A DNA stretch of 64,000 bases from Nitrosopumilus sp. (GCA_965219345.1 OZ244732.1:1728001-1792000), one strand, 5' to 3'. Counted from the stretch's first letter, positions 50,670-61,560 are shown. The notes: generated by a model not told the origin, from the letters alone. A program made the numbers and translations.

Positions 50670-51035
50670 ATGGCTACAAAAAGAAAAGCTGCAACTAAAC
50701 GTAGATCAACTAAACGTAAAGCAGCTCCAAAAAGAAAAGCAGCAACTAAACGTAAAGCAGCTCCAAAACGTAAAGCAGCTCCAAAACGTAAAGCAGCTCC
50801 AAAACGTAAAGCAGCTCCAAAACGTAAAGCAGCTCCAAAACGTAAAGCAGCTCCAAAACGTAAAGCAGCTCCAAAAAGAAAAGCAGCTCCAAAAAGAAAA
50901 GCAGCTCCAAAAAGAAAAGCAGCTCCAAAACGTAAAGCAGCTCCAAAACGTAAAGCAGCTCCAAAACGTAAAGCAGCTCCAAAACGTAAAGCAGCTCCAA
51001 AACGTAAAGCAGCTCCAAAACGTAAAAGACGATAA
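50670..51035 (+). CDS. histone H1-like Lys/Arg/Ala/Pro repeat protein
   Basis: 16 KRKAAP + 2 KRKAAT units; the variation AAACGT/AAAAGA is synonymous only in this frame. Confidence 0.85.
   Translation: MATKRKAATKRRSTKRKAAPKRKAATKRKAAPKRKAAPKRKAAPKRKAAPKRKAAPKRKAAPKRKAAPKRKAAPKRKAAPKRKAAPKRKAAPKRKAAPKRKAAPKRKAAPKRKAAPKRKRR
50711..51026 (+). repeat. 18-bp coding tandem repeat AAA(CGT/AGA)AAAGCAGCTCCA
   Basis: Seen directly. Confidence 0.95.
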
Positions 51036-51107
51036 TCTCGTCAACAAACTAACATTCGTCATCTAGACGACGAATTGTTTTCTCTTTTTCTAAATTCTAA
51101 AGCAGTG

Positions 51108-51392
51108 TTAACTAAACATTTGTCCTGGAGGTTGAGTATTGGTTCCTTTAACAGATTTTTTTTCTACTGAGAACTTTTTATCAGGGGGTATTATTGATAA
51201 TTTAACAGCAGTGCTAATCGCATAATGAGGAGTGCCATCCGGATTTTTATAATTTACAGCTTTTCCAACTCTGTCTAAATCAACTTTAACTTTTACTACA
51301 GTTCCATCTTCTAATTCGAAAGATACAAAGTCATTTTCTAATCGTTTGTAATCTAACATCTTAAATTCAATTTTATTTGGTTTTTCACTCAT
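51108..51392 (-). CDS. hypothetical protein
   Basis: FELEDGTVVKVK..NPDGTPHY; 94 aa. Confidence 0.7.
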   Translation of the reverse strand: MSEKPNKIEFKMLDYKRLENDFVSFELEDGTVVKVKVDLDRVGKAVNYKNPDGTPHYAISTAVKLSIIPPDKKFSVEKKSVKGTNTQPPGQMFS

Positions 51393-51414
51393 TGTAATTA
51401 CCTATTCAAACTGG

Positions 51415-52914
51415 TTAGTAAAGATAACTCATTAGTTTAATTTCTTCTTCAGTTGTAATGATATTTTTACTAGTCAAAATTTCTAATAGTTCTTTGAAAA
51501 TTGTTTTTTGTTCAGATGACATTCCTCCCGCAGCGCCTTTTTCACCTGGGGGGCCTGGTGGACCTCGTGGACCGGGTTGTCCTATTGGGCCTTGTTCTCC
51601 GGAAGTACCTTGTTCGCCTGCTGAACCAAGTGGACCTGTTGGACCACGTTCACCTTGTGGACCTTGAATTCCTTGTGGACCTTGTGGACCTTTTTCTCCT
51701 GGCGGTCCTGTTACACCACGCTCACCTTGAGAACCTTGTGGACCTTGTGGACCTTTTTCTCCAGATGTGCCAATGGGGCCAGTCTGACCTTTTTCTCCAA
51801 TAATTCCAACTGGTCCTTTTTCACCTTTTTCTCCTTGTGGACCCGCAACTCCTGTAAGCCCTTTTGCTCCTGCAGGACCTTGTGGACCTTGTGGACCTTT
51901 TTCTCCGGATGGACCTTCTGAACCTTTGTTGCCTTTTTCTCCAATTGGACCTGACAAACCTGCCGGACCTTTCTCTCCAATTGGACCTGTAACACCTTTT
52001 TCTCCTTTTATTCCAATTGAGCCAGTGGCTCCTTGAATTCCTTTTTCACCTTGAACACCTGCTTGTCCTGTCGGACCTTTATTGCCGGAGGTACCAATAG
52101 GACCAGTCAATCCTTTATCGCCAGGTGGACCTTGTGGACCTTTTTCTCCTTTTTCTCCCGGAGAACCTCTTAATCCGGATGGACCTTTATCACCGGGTTG
52201 ACCTGTTGGACCTTTTTCTCCGGATGGACCGGTTGGACCTTTTAATCCGGATGGACCTTTATCACCGGATGGACCGGTTGGACCTTTGTCCCCTTTGTCA
52301 CCAAGTGGACCAGTAACTCCTTTATCTCCCCTATCTCCTTTATCACCGACAATTCCTTTGTCACCAGTAATTCCCTTCTCACCAGGAGCACCTTTCGGAC
52401 CTGGTGTACCTTTGTCGCCCGGTGTGCCGGGTACACCATCCAAACCTTTGTTACCTTTTTCACCCTGTGGACCAGATGATCCCTTGTCACCAGGCGGACC
52501 TTGTGACCCAACGCTAGTTGATTTTGTAGAACGTTTTGTTTTTCCCCCTTCAGAAATTGTTTTAGTTTCAGATTGTAATTTTCGTTTTGATTTTGCCAAA
52601 GGAACATCAAATACAGAGTATAATGAAGAAAATAGATCAGTAACAATAATCCAAATTTTATCAAGATCATCAAGAGATGAAGGAAGAGGATTTTCTGGAG
52701 AACCAATTATTTCAGAAAATATACCATTTTTGACTTGAAGATGAAAATTGCCTTTCCATAAAGATGAGAATTGTTTAGTTTTAATTGAATCATCTGAAGG
52801 CTTACTATCAGTTATTGCAATTTGGGCTTCATATACACCTGATTGCTTAAAAGGTGCCTGTCCTTGAATTTCTACTCGTGACTGAGATGACACATTCGTT
52901 TGTGCAATTTTCAA
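51415..52914 (-). CDS. collagen-like triple-helix repeat protein
   Basis: Gly-X-Y run of roughly 110 triplets (about 51523-52509). Confidence 0.92.
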   Translation of the reverse strand: MKIAQTNVSSQSRVEIQGQAPFKQSGVYEAQIAITDSKPSDDSIKTKQFSSLWKGNFHLQVKNGIFSEIIGSPENPLPSSLDDLDKIWIIVTDLFSSLYSVFDVPLAKSKRKLQSETKTISEGGKTKRSTKSTSVGSQGPPGDKGSSGPQGEKGNKGLDGVPGTPGDKGTPGPKGAPGEKGITGDKGIVGDKGDRGDKGVTGPLGDKGDKGPTGPSGDKGPSGLKGPTGPSGEKGPTGQPGDKGPSGLRGSPGEKGEKGPQGPPGDKGLTGPIGTSGNKGPTGQAGVQGEKGIQGATGSIGIKGEKGVTGPIGEKGPAGLSGPIGEKGNKGSEGPSGEKGPQGPQGPAGAKGLTGVAGPQGEKGEKGPVGIIGEKGQTGPIGTSGEKGPQGPQGSQGERGVTGPPGEKGPQGPQGIQGPQGERGPTGPLGSAGEQGTSGEQGPIGQPGPRGPPGPPGEKGAAGGMSSEQKTIFKELLEILTSKNIITTEEEIKLMSYLY

Positions 52915-53002
52915 GTATTTCTGTATTTAGATCGCATAAGACTATTACAAATTCAATCAAACTATGTCAAGCCCATTAAGGATAGTATTTATCTAGAGAA
53001 AA

Positions 53003-54139
53003 ATGCATTTTGGGCTAGTGAAGAAACTATTCGGAAAAAAATCAAAGGGAATTGATGAGCCAAAATCAGAAAATAAAGTTGAAAAAAAGATGAGTCTGGT
53101 TAATCCTGATTATAATCGAATGAAGTTATTTAAAAAAGGAATCAATTTGATGGCTGATGAAAAACTAGAAGATGCTGTTGAGATGTTTCAACAAGCACTA
53201 AGAATTGATCCTAATAGTGTTGATACTTTGATGAAGTTGGGTTATGCGAGATTCCATTTAGATGATCACAATGAAGCACTAGCAATATATGATAAAATTT
53301 TGGATATTGATGTTACAAATCCAGAAGCTTGGAATCTTAAAGGACTTGTATATTATGAACAAAAAAAATATGCAAAAGCATTAGATGCAGTTGAAAAAGC
53401 AATTGAGTCGGACCCCACATACGGAATGGCTTGGTACAACAAAGCTTGTTTCTTATCATTACTCAATCAAGTGCCAGATTCATTAGAAGCATTGAAACGC
53501 TCGATTGAGATTGATGTTAAAAATGCTAGAAGATCAATTCGAGACTTTGACTTTGCAAATGTAAGAATTGAGGAGGGATTTAAGAGAATTCAAGAAGTCG
53601 TAGTTTTGGAATCAGTCAGACAAGGATATCACACAATAGGGGCAATAGTTTGGACAACATATCTTGATAAAGTTGATGCTGAAGAGGGATTAAGAAAATT
53701 AAAAGAAAAAGGGCTCATAGTACAAAATGAAAAACGTGATGGTTTAAGCAAAATTCCAATTTATGATCTTGCACCTAATGTTGCAGAAAAAATGGGAAAG
53801 GCAAAGAAGGGATTATTTGGAATCACAAGAAAAACATTACCAAAACCTGTTAAGAATTTAAAAGAACTAAGTCAAGCCATTCAATCTGCAAAAGAAGCAA
53901 TTGAGGAAGGGGATGCGGAGAAAACTATTGATGTTTTTGAGGAATTCATAGATACCACAAAATCTGGAGAACAGATGATTGAGATGTTCTTAGATGAACA
54001 TAGAGAAATTAGATTATGGCAAATTAGATTGAAAGACAGGGGAGGAGATTATATTGTGGACAACAAAGATAAGATGCTAACATTGTTTGATAACATCGAA
54101 GTAACAATTACTAAAAAACTCAGAAATGAGATTTCTTAA
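53003..54139 (+). CDS. tetratricopeptide repeat protein
   Basis: Repeated AW.(L/N)K(G/A)..A...DP TPR units. Confidence 0.88.
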   Translation: MHFGLVKKLFGKKSKGIDEPKSENKVEKKMSLVNPDYNRMKLFKKGINLMADEKLEDAVEMFQQALRIDPNSVDTLMKLGYARFHLDDHNEALAIYDKILDIDVTNPEAWNLKGLVYYEQKKYAKALDAVEKAIESDPTYGMAWYNKACFLSLLNQVPDSLEALKRSIEIDVKNARRSIRDFDFANVRIEEGFKRIQEVVVLESVRQGYHTIGAIVWTTYLDKVDAEEGLRKLKEKGLIVQNEKRDGLSKIPIYDLAPNVAEKMGKAKKGLFGITRKTLPKPVKNLKELSQAIQSAKEAIEEGDAEKTIDVFEEFIDTTKSGEQMIEMFLDEHREIRLWQIRLKDRGGDYIVDNKDKMLTLFDNIEVTITKKLRNEIS

Positions 54140-54946
54140 TTATTCTGCAGATAAATCCCAGTAGGTTGCATCTTCTTGTTTTTCTGTAGGCTTTTGAAGA
54201 TTTTTCCATTCCTTGAAAGAGCGAACATATAATTTTGCATTAGACAAACCTGCAGATTTTAATGCATAATATGCCAAACCAGAAAGAGTGCCAACGCTAC
54301 CACAATAGGTGATTATTTCTGAATTTCCAGTAATACCACGATTTTCAAGTAATCGCTTCATGTCATCTTTTGGACGTAAAATTTTATCTTTACTAGCAAG
54401 TGTTCGATATGGCAGACTAATTGCACCTGGAATATGTTGTTCAAGAAAATTCAGGCGTTCTCTATTGTCAATCAAGATTACGTCATTTCGTTCTTTGACA
54501 CTTTGCAAATAATCAGCTGTTGCCAGAATATTTGGTTGTAAATTCAAAGTGTGTTCTTTATGTTGTATTTCAGGAATCTTAGAATCGCTTTCCAACTCAA
54601 GAGATTTCCAATTACTATAAGTGGTTTCAAGTAAAGTTACATCTGAATGTCCAAGATATTCAAAGGTCCAAGATACTCTTGATGCGAGAGCACCAAAAGT
54701 ATCATCATAAACAACAACTGGTGTTTCATTATCAATTCCCATATTATTCATGAGTTTCAAAACACGTTCTGGGCTATCATCAGACAGAAGATTTGCCAAA
54801 GGTAAATTGACAGCAGTAGGAATATGATCTTGTTTGTAATCGTCTTCCTTTCTTACATCAATTACTCGAACACTTTTGTCCCTTATTTCTGAACGTAAAG
54901 AATCAATATCTTTTGTAATTTTGCCAGAATCTGTCAAGCAGCACAT
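54140..54946 (-). CDS. tandem-rhodanese sulfurtransferase
   Basis: IDVR..YKQDHIPTAVNL; IDNR..HIPGA; YCGS; start uncertain. Confidence 0.88.
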   Translation of the reverse strand: MCCLTDSGKITKDIDSLRSEIRDKSVRVIDVRKEDDYKQDHIPTAVNLPLANLLSDDSPERVLKLMNNMGIDNETPVVVYDDTFGALASRVSWTFEYLGHSDVTLLETTYSNWKSLELESDSKIPEIQHKEHTLNLQPNILATADYLQSVKERNDVILIDNRERLNFLEQHIPGAISLPYRTLASKDKILRPKDDMKRLLENRGITGNSEIITYCGSVGTLSGLAYYALKSAGLSNAKLYVRSFKEWKNLQKPTEKQEDATYWDLSAE

Positions 54947-56742
54947 TCACCTTTTCCAGTTTTTGTGTGATAACTAGTTTCATCACCATAATCTAGGTAA
55001 AAATCAGGATCCTCTTCTTTTGTAGGAGGAATTGTCAGTGGCTCTAAAACTTTTTTGATATCATTAATGGACTTTATTTCAGAGTCTTCATTGCTATTTA
55101 CAACTCTATGAATCCAAGATTCAAGGGTATCATCAGATTTCTTATTTTGTTTGAATAGTTCAATGATTTTTAGAATTACAGGAATTACTCTCTTTGCAGG
55201 AACTCTGAGACATGTTAGACCTAACATTGTATCACCATCAGAACGCCCACCTAAAGACATCTGATAATTTGCGTACATATCTTTTCCAACACGTCCTCCA
55301 CCCCCAAAGAAACCAATAGTTGCAATTCCATGTTGGCCACAAGAGTTTGGACAGCCACTTATCTTAATAGAAGAATCACTCAAATCGTCATCTTCATCAA
55401 ATTTCAATTCAAGTAATTTTCTTTGAATTTCTTTTGCTAGTCTGTGCGAGTTTGTCAAAGCAAGATTACAGGAAGTTGTTCCTGAACAGCCAATTGGGGC
55501 AGTCATTGTTAATGCGCCGGATTTTGCTAGTCCAGATTCTAGAAGATTTGAATACAAACGTGGTAAATCATCTTCATGAACATAACGTAATGCAACATTT
55601 TGTACAAATCCAAATCTTGCTTTACCCTCAGAAGAGAAATCACGAATGAGATCTGCTAATGCGTCAAGTTGGCTGGTAGTGATATCGCCTGCTTCAAGAG
55701 TGATAAAGATAGAATGATAATCAGATTGTTTTTGTTTAATGGTATTTGTTTTGAGCCATCTTGCATAACCATCAGGAGTAGATACACCACTTTCATCAGA
55801 GATTCTAATTGGTCGTTTGATTTCGTTTGGAGTATGATCAACTTCTAACTGAGTAATTACTGATTGAGTAGCTCTTACAATCGCTCTTTCTTTTAGAACT
55901 AGATTTTGGAATTTTTCCCATCCCATATCATTTACAAGATAACGCATTCTGTTTCTTGCCATATTTTTTCTATCACCAAGTCTATCAAAGATTCTCAATA
56001 CTGCCATTGAAGTATAAACTAAATCTTCCTCAGGGGTAAACTCTTCTAATTGATGTCCAACAAAGGATTTATTTCCCAATCCACCTCCAAGGAAGACTTT
56101 GAAACCTCTTTGTGTAGTTCCATCAACTTCTTTGGTTTGTGGAATTAATCCAACATCAACCATTCTTACCATTCCATGTTTTTCACAACAAGTGAAATTG
56201 AATTTGAATTTACGTGGAAGATTTTGAACCATAGGATTTCTCAGAAAGAATCTTGCTGTTGCAAGTGCATATGGAGTTGAATCAAATTCTTCATCAGGAC
56301 AAACACCTGACAAAGGGCTGCACATTACATTTCTTATTGTATTTCCACATGCTTCTCTTGATGTTAGTCCAACTTCAGTAAGTCCTCTAAATATCTCGGA
56401 AACATCTTCAAGTACTACCCAGTGCAGTTGAATGTTTTCTCTTGTTGAAAAGTGTGCACTGCCTATTGAAAACTGCTCACTTAATTGGGATATTTTTTCA
56501 AGTTGATGTGGATAAATTTCACCTGCAGGAATCTTGATTCGGACCATAGCATAATCTCCTGTCATTCTGGTACCATATGCACCATGTTGAAGTCTAAATC
56601 GTCTAAAACTATCCTCGTCATATTTTCCTTGGCGGAATAGTTTTACTGTCTTTGCAAAATTATCCGCCTCCTCTACATTAGCCCAATTAATTTTGGGTTT
56701 TGTGGAGTCAAGTTTTGATTGTTTTGAATCAGATACTGTCAT
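54934..56742 (-). CDS. ferredoxin-dependent sulfite/nitrite reductase (siroheme)
   Basis: STRENIQLH, LPRKFK, CSGTTSC, ISGCPNSCGQH. Confidence 0.93.
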   Translation of the reverse strand: MTVSDSKQSKLDSTKPKINWANVEEADNFAKTVKLFRQGKYDEDSFRRFRLQHGAYGTRMTGDYAMVRIKIPAGEIYPHQLEKISQLSEQFSIGSAHFSTRENIQLHWVVLEDVSEIFRGLTEVGLTSREACGNTIRNVMCSPLSGVCPDEEFDSTPYALATARFFLRNPMVQNLPRKFKFNFTCCEKHGMVRMVDVGLIPQTKEVDGTTQRGFKVFLGGGLGNKSFVGHQLEEFTPEEDLVYTSMAVLRIFDRLGDRKNMARNRMRYLVNDMGWEKFQNLVLKERAIVRATQSVITQLEVDHTPNEIKRPIRISDESGVSTPDGYARWLKTNTIKQKQSDYHSIFITLEAGDITTSQLDALADLIRDFSSEGKARFGFVQNVALRYVHEDDLPRLYSNLLESGLAKSGALTMTAPIGCSGTTSCNLALTNSHRLAKEIQRKLLELKFDEDDDLSDSSIKISGCPNSCGQHGIATIGFFGGGGRVGKDMYANYQMSLGGRSDGDTMLGLTCLRVPAKRVIPVILKIIELFKQNKKSDDTLESWIHRVVNSNEDSEIKSINDIKKVLEPLTIPPTKEEDPDFYLDYGDETSYHTKTGKGECAA

Positions 56743-56921
56743 TACAGGGAAATTCCTTTGAATTTAGTTATAAATTTATGATATATGGGGGTTTTAGGAG
56801 AAAAATTTTCAGCAAAGTACATAATTTTCCTGCTTTTCAGTAATTTACTAGCAGAGAAAAATCATTAGCATTACCTAATTTTTTAAAAAAAATTGTGAGA
56901 AAGTATTAATGGGTTTGGAGA

Positions 56922-57752
56922 ATGAGCATCGATATGCAAGAAACAACAATTGCAGAAGAATCATCCAAAATATTTGTAGATGTACGTGAAGTTGAAATTA
57001 CACGTGCAATAGCAAATGAATTTCATGAAGTTTTAATCGATAGAGCAGATTCAGATGTTATCATCATTGGTGCTGGACCTGCAGGATTAACAGCAAGCAG
57101 AGAGCTTTCAAATATGGGTTACAAAGTTCTTGTCATTGAACAAAACAACTACCTTGGTGGAGGTTATTGGTTAGGAGGATACATGATGAATCCTGTCACT
57201 GTCAGAGAACCCGCACAGAAAATTTGGGATGAATTAGGAGTGCCATACAAAAAAGTTGCAGAAGGATTGTACATAACACCAGGACCACATGCTGTATCAA
57301 AGTTAATTGCAGCTGCATGTGATGCAGGAGTGAAATTCCTTAATCTTACAAAGTTTGATGATTTAGTTATGAAAAATGGCAGAGTGGTAGGAATTGTTGT
57401 CAATTGGATGCCAGTTTCAGCATTGCCACGTAACATAACATGTGTTGATCCAATTGCTTTGGAAGCCAAAGTGATCATTGATGCATCAGGTCACGATTCT
57501 GTAGCAGTGAAAAGGCTTGTCGACAGAGGATTAGTTGAATGGAAAGGAATGAACCCTATGCATGTTAATGAAGGTGAAGAACATGTTGTTCACAAAACAG
57601 GTGAAGTATTTCCAGGACTTGTTGCAGCAGGCATGTCAGTTACTGAAACACATGGTTTAGCAAGAATGGGCCCTACATTTGGTTCAATGTTATTCTCAGG
57701 AAAAAGAGCAGCAGAAATTGTAGCAGCAAAAATCAAAGAGTTAGAAAGATAA
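56922..57752 (+). CDS. thi4: thiazole synthase Thi4
   Basis: IIGAGPAGL, GGG.W.GG, TCVDP, RMGPTFGSMLFSG. Confidence 0.93.
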   Translation: MSIDMQETTIAEESSKIFVDVREVEITRAIANEFHEVLIDRADSDVIIIGAGPAGLTASRELSNMGYKVLVIEQNNYLGGGYWLGGYMMNPVTVREPAQKIWDELGVPYKKVAEGLYITPGPHAVSKLIAAACDAGVKFLNLTKFDDLVMKNGRVVGIVVNWMPVSALPRNITCVDPIALEAKVIIDASGHDSVAVKRLVDRGLVEWKGMNPMHVNEGEEHVVHKTGEVFPGLVAAGMSVTETHGLARMGPTFGSMLFSGKRAAEIVAAKIKELER

Positions 57753-57775
57753 GCCATTATATCGAAAATATCTTA

Positions 57776-58558
57776 TTGAAAACTTGTAAAATTATTTTAT
57801 ATAACGAGCCCACAGTTCCTGAAATTCAATTAGAACGATTAGAAAAATTTCTCAAAGAAACATTTCCAGTAGAAATTGAGACAAGAGAAAATATCATTCA
57901 AGGTTCAAATGAAGATATGTTTGAAAAAATCGCAGGTTGTAGAATTTTTGATTTAAAAAAACCATTTGAAAAACATAATCCTTCAGATGAAGACATGCGG
58001 TTAGAAAAAGAAAACAAAGACATGTCAGAGAGAGAAGAAATGACACTATATGATGGATTTGAATTTCATAAAGTAATTACTGAATTAATTCCGATTAATG
58101 AAAACAATATAGACACTTTACATATTATTTTTACAAATAAGCTCACATGTACATTTGATGAAAATGACTTTAGATATCATGCAAGAGCCTTAATTGGATC
58201 CAATCCTACAATTATCTCAACAACAGGAATTATAGAAGCCCCAGCAAAACCAAAACAATACTATCTAGATCTAATGACAAATTTTTCCGATAAAAGAGTA
58301 GAAGAAATCAAGAAAAAGTACAGAGGGGAATTTTTAGAATATCACGATTCACGAATATCAGAAATTACAGAGGGTTATCTATTACAAGCCATAATTTATT
58401 ATGAAACAGGAGAAGCATTTTGTGAGCATAAAGATTGCAGAATGTTTAACGCTCACTGGCAGAAAGATCTTTTTTTCTCACAATTAGAAAATAAAAGATT
58501 TTGCAAAAAACATCAAAAAATTTTAAACGAATTAAAAAATCAAATTCAAAGGCAATAG
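57776..58558 (+). CDS. archaemetzincin-like putative metallopeptidase
   Basis: RYHAR, IISTTGIIEAPAKP, FC...CRMFNAHWQ..FC..H. Confidence 0.6.
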   Translation: MKTCKIILYNEPTVPEIQLERLEKFLKETFPVEIETRENIIQGSNEDMFEKIAGCRIFDLKKPFEKHNPSDEDMRLEKENKDMSEREEMTLYDGFEFHKVITELIPINENNIDTLHIIFTNKLTCTFDENDFRYHARALIGSNPTIISTTGIIEAPAKPKQYYLDLMTNFSDKRVEEIKKKYRGEFLEYHDSRISEITEGYLLQAIIYYETGEAFCEHKDCRMFNAHWQKDLFFSQLENKRFCKKHQKILNELKNQIQRQ

Positions 58559-58628
58559 ATGCAGATTTTATTTGTAATACAAAGAGGATATTCACTTAAA
58601 TTATTGAAGCATGCGAAGGTGAATTATC

Positions 58629-59633
58629 ATGATGGCAGCAGATGAGGGATCAACAGTGCTCGAAACAAAAGATGAGGGTCCAAAAATACCAGACAAAAAG
58701 AAAACAAAGTTTGATGTAGTGATCATCGGCGCAGGTCCATCAGGATATACTGCAGGAATTTATTGTTCCAGAGCAGGTTATGATACTTTGATTTTATCAG
58801 GAATACTGCCAGGAGGTCAATTAGTCAACACTACTGAAGTTGAAAATTATCCTGGATTTGAAAATGCGATAATGGGTCCAGATTTGATGATTGATATGAG
58901 AAAACAATGCCAAAAAATGGGAACAGCAATTATTGATGATGCAGCAGTTGATGTAGATTTTAGACGCAAACCTTTCAAAGTTCTCACAGCAACCGAAGAA
59001 TATGAAGGACGTGCAGTCATTATTGCAACAGGTGCTAATCCAAGAAAACTGGGGTTAGAGGGAGAACAGACATTTGCTGGAAAAGGTGTTTCATATTGTG
59101 CCACATGTGATGGGCCTTTCTTTAGAAATCTAGAATTAGTAGTTGCTGGAGGAGGAGATTCAGCGATGGAGGAAGCAACATTTCTAACAAAATTTGCAAC
59201 AAAAATTCATCTAGTTCATAGACGAAGTAAATTACGTGCAAGTAAAGTGATGCAAGAAAGAGCATTTAACAATGAAAAAATAAAATTTCATTGGGATTCA
59301 GCGGTAATTGATATTAAAGGAGACCAAAAAATGCAACAAGCAGTTCTAAAAAATCTAAAAACAAATGAAGAAACAACACTTGATGTAGGTGGTCTTTTTG
59401 TCGCAATTGGACATGAACCTAACACAGAACTATTCAAAAATCAGATTGAATTAGATGATAAAGGATACGTGGTTTTAAAAAACAAGACCAACACAAGTGT
59501 CGAAGGAGTTTTTGCCGCAGGAGATGTGCACGACAGAACTTATAGGCAAGCAGTTACTGCTGCAGGATTTGGCTGTATGGCGGCAATTGATCTCGACAAA
59601 TATCTCACAGAAAGTTCAGACAAGCAAGAATGA
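58629..59633 (+). CDS. trxB: thioredoxin-disulfide reductase
   Basis: GAGPSG, CATCDG, GGGDSAMEEA, FAAGD. Confidence 0.96.
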   Translation: MMAADEGSTVLETKDEGPKIPDKKKTKFDVVIIGAGPSGYTAGIYCSRAGYDTLILSGILPGGQLVNTTEVENYPGFENAIMGPDLMIDMRKQCQKMGTAIIDDAAVDVDFRRKPFKVLTATEEYEGRAVIIATGANPRKLGLEGEQTFAGKGVSYCATCDGPFFRNLELVVAGGGDSAMEEATFLTKFATKIHLVHRRSKLRASKVMQERAFNNEKIKFHWDSAVIDIKGDQKMQQAVLKNLKTNEETTLDVGGLFVAIGHEPNTELFKNQIELDDKGYVVLKNKTNTSVEGVFAAGDVHDRTYRQAVTAAGFGCMAAIDLDKYLTESSDKQE

Positions 59634-59688
59634 AGAATTCACAATGCAAAAAATTAAAGGTCTAAAATCTTTATTGTAAGAAAAAATA

Positions 59689-60171
59689 GTGAACTTTATG
59701 AGCCCAGATCAAGAGAATCTAAAAAAATCAGCTAAAGAACATAGTGAAAAACTGGCAGAATTAGGAATGGAACTAGGTAAAATTCAATTCAGTTACAAGG
59801 TTAAGGAGAATTCATCCAAAGAATATTGGCAAAAAAGAATTGATGATTTTAAAAAATACAATGAAAAAGGCATGAAATATTACAATCAGGCATATTCCTT
59901 GATGAATTTAGTTAACAAGGAAGAATCACAAACGTTCCTATTACGAATCAGTAAATTTCGCCAGCTTGGATTAACATTAATAGAAATTATAGAGAAGATA
60001 AAAGAAAATCCATCGATCATTGATTCTAAAGATAGACAACAGAGTCAATGGAGTAAAGAAATCAGAGGCCAAATTACTGAACATAGTAACAAATGTCTCC
60101 ATCATGAAAAGGATATGAATACATCATTCAGAGAATTTTATGAAAAACATATGAAAAAAATTCTAGAGTAG
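59689..60171 (+). CDS. helical hypothetical protein
   Basis: 160-aa ORF, host-like composition. Confidence 0.65.
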   Translation: MNFMSPDQENLKKSAKEHSEKLAELGMELGKIQFSYKVKENSSKEYWQKRIDDFKKYNEKGMKYYNQAYSLMNLVNKEESQTFLLRISKFRQLGLTLIEIIEKIKENPSIIDSKDRQQSQWSKEIRGQITEHSNKCLHHEKDMNTSFREFYEKHMKKILE

Positions 60172-60177
60172 TTACAA

Positions 60178-60260
60178 TCAGTATGCTAATTCAGACATGT
60201 GTTTTGCTTCTTTGAGTGTGTTATCAAATTCTTCTTCGGTCATAACATTTTGTGTAGAAT
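60178..60260 (-). pseudogene. detached 3' end of cysteine synthase
   Basis: Reads (YS)TQNVMTEEEFDNTLKEAKHMSELAY* in frame once the IS is removed. Confidence 0.8.
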
Positions 60261-61560
60261 CAGTAGTCGGAAATGTCCCCATAAAACCAGCCAACAGATG
60301 CTCTCTGATGCGTTAACATTTTTCGATCATACAGATCTATTATCTACAGTGCCCTTACCCACCTTAGTGTTAGTGCAAAAAGGTGGGCAGGTACACCGTA
60401 ACAAGATTGGAGAAAGGATACTTAATACCTTGTCAGCAATACTAGAGTCTTCATCCATAGGATTCTCTACTAGGAAGAATGCTCAATATGGGGTAAGCGA
60501 GTTTGTAGCCATACTGATGAAGATGTCTGAATCCAACATAGCTTCCGAGGAAGCAATCAGGCTTCTCAAGCACGCAGAAAAGAAGATGCCATCACCCAAG
60601 TGGTTTCGCAACAGGATAAACTCGTTGGGATCAGGCAGTGCAGACAAACTCTGCAGGGACATGCTCACACGCACCGCAAGACTTGCCAAGAATACATGCC
60701 GATACAAGGGAGGCGTACTAGTAGCAATAGACAAGCACCTGATACCAAGGCATGACAAGGACAACATGTCACATTTGACAAGATCCAAACCAAAGGGCGG
60801 TACAAGCAAGTTCGAGTGTTACGCAACAATGCATGTGGTAGCAGAACGGGTTCCTGCCATTTTGGAGTGCATGCAGGTAACGCGCAGCGTGGATGATGCC
60901 GATTTTGTGCGTAAATTCGTACAAAAACTCAAGGGTTACAGGATACGGGCCCGGCTGCTGCTGATGGACCGCGAGTTCTACTCTACTGAAATAATCAATC
61001 TTGTATCAGAACATAGATGCAAGTTCCTGATGCCTGCAGTCAAGAACGCGGGGATAAAGAGGATGATACGGGAGCACCACGATAAATCACGCAAGGCAGT
61101 CTCACAGTACGCCATCAGAAACGCAGCAGGTCAGTCTGCCACATTCACATTGATAATCACGCCATCAAAAAAGATAGACGATCCTGATGCTGACATCACG
61201 GAAAGATACAATGTCTTTGCCACCAACCTTTCCCCAGCCAAGGCATTAGAAGAGATTGAGACGCTTCCAGATGAGTACAAGAGTAGGTGGGGAATAGAGA
61301 CAGGATACAAGCAGGTCGAGCAGGTGCGTCCGAGGACAACAAGCCGCAATGCGTCATTTAGGGGAATCATGTTTCACGTCTCGATGTTCATGTACAATGC
61401 ATGGGCAGTGGAGCAGTACCGAACAGATTCAAATTATGATCGGGTAACCCTGGCACTTGTCGCATATGCTACGGCAATGGCTGCGTTGGAATTATGCAGG
61501 ATGGCGGGTCAACCGTATGATGTCGGAGGATCTGCCTAAGAGGCATATTTCCGACTACTG
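60261..61560 (+). mobile_element. ISH3-family insertion sequence (1,300 bp)
   Basis: Perfect 14-bp inverted repeat CAGTAGTCGGAAAT; 5-bp target duplication AGAAT at 60256-60260 and 61561-61565. Confidence 0.92.
60298..61539 (+). CDS. ISH3/IS4-superfamily transposase
   Basis: VAIDKH, LLMDREFYS, FATN, YKSRWGIETGYK; start must lie inside the IS (ATG 60298 or later). Confidence 0.9.
   Translation: MLSDALTFFDHTDLLSTVPLPTLVLVQKGGQVHRNKIGERILNTLSAILESSSIGFSTRKNAQYGVSEFVAILMKMSESNIASEEAIRLLKHAEKKMPSPKWFRNRINSLGSGSADKLCRDMLTRTARLAKNTCRYKGGVLVAIDKHLIPRHDKDNMSHLTRSKPKGGTSKFECYATMHVVAERVPAILECMQVTRSVDDADFVRKFVQKLKGYRIRARLLLMDREFYSTEIINLVSEHRCKFLMPAVKNAGIKRMIREHHDKSRKAVSQYAIRNAAGQSATFTLIITPSKKIDDPDADITERYNVFATNLSPAKALEEIETLPDEYKSRWGIETGYKQVEQVRPRTTSRNASFRGIMFHVSMFMYNAWAVEQYRTDSNYDRVTLALVAYATAMAALELCRMAGQPYDVGGSA

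Noticed and set aside
50650-51066. Alternative-frame repeat ORFs (NVKQLQ, FTFWSC, LELLYV)
   Set aside because: Shadows of the 18-bp repeat; the variation is synonymous only in the KRKAAP frame
60199-60297. N-terminal extension of the ISH3 transposase ORF
   Set aside because: Starts outside the IS left end, antisense to the cysteine synthase tail
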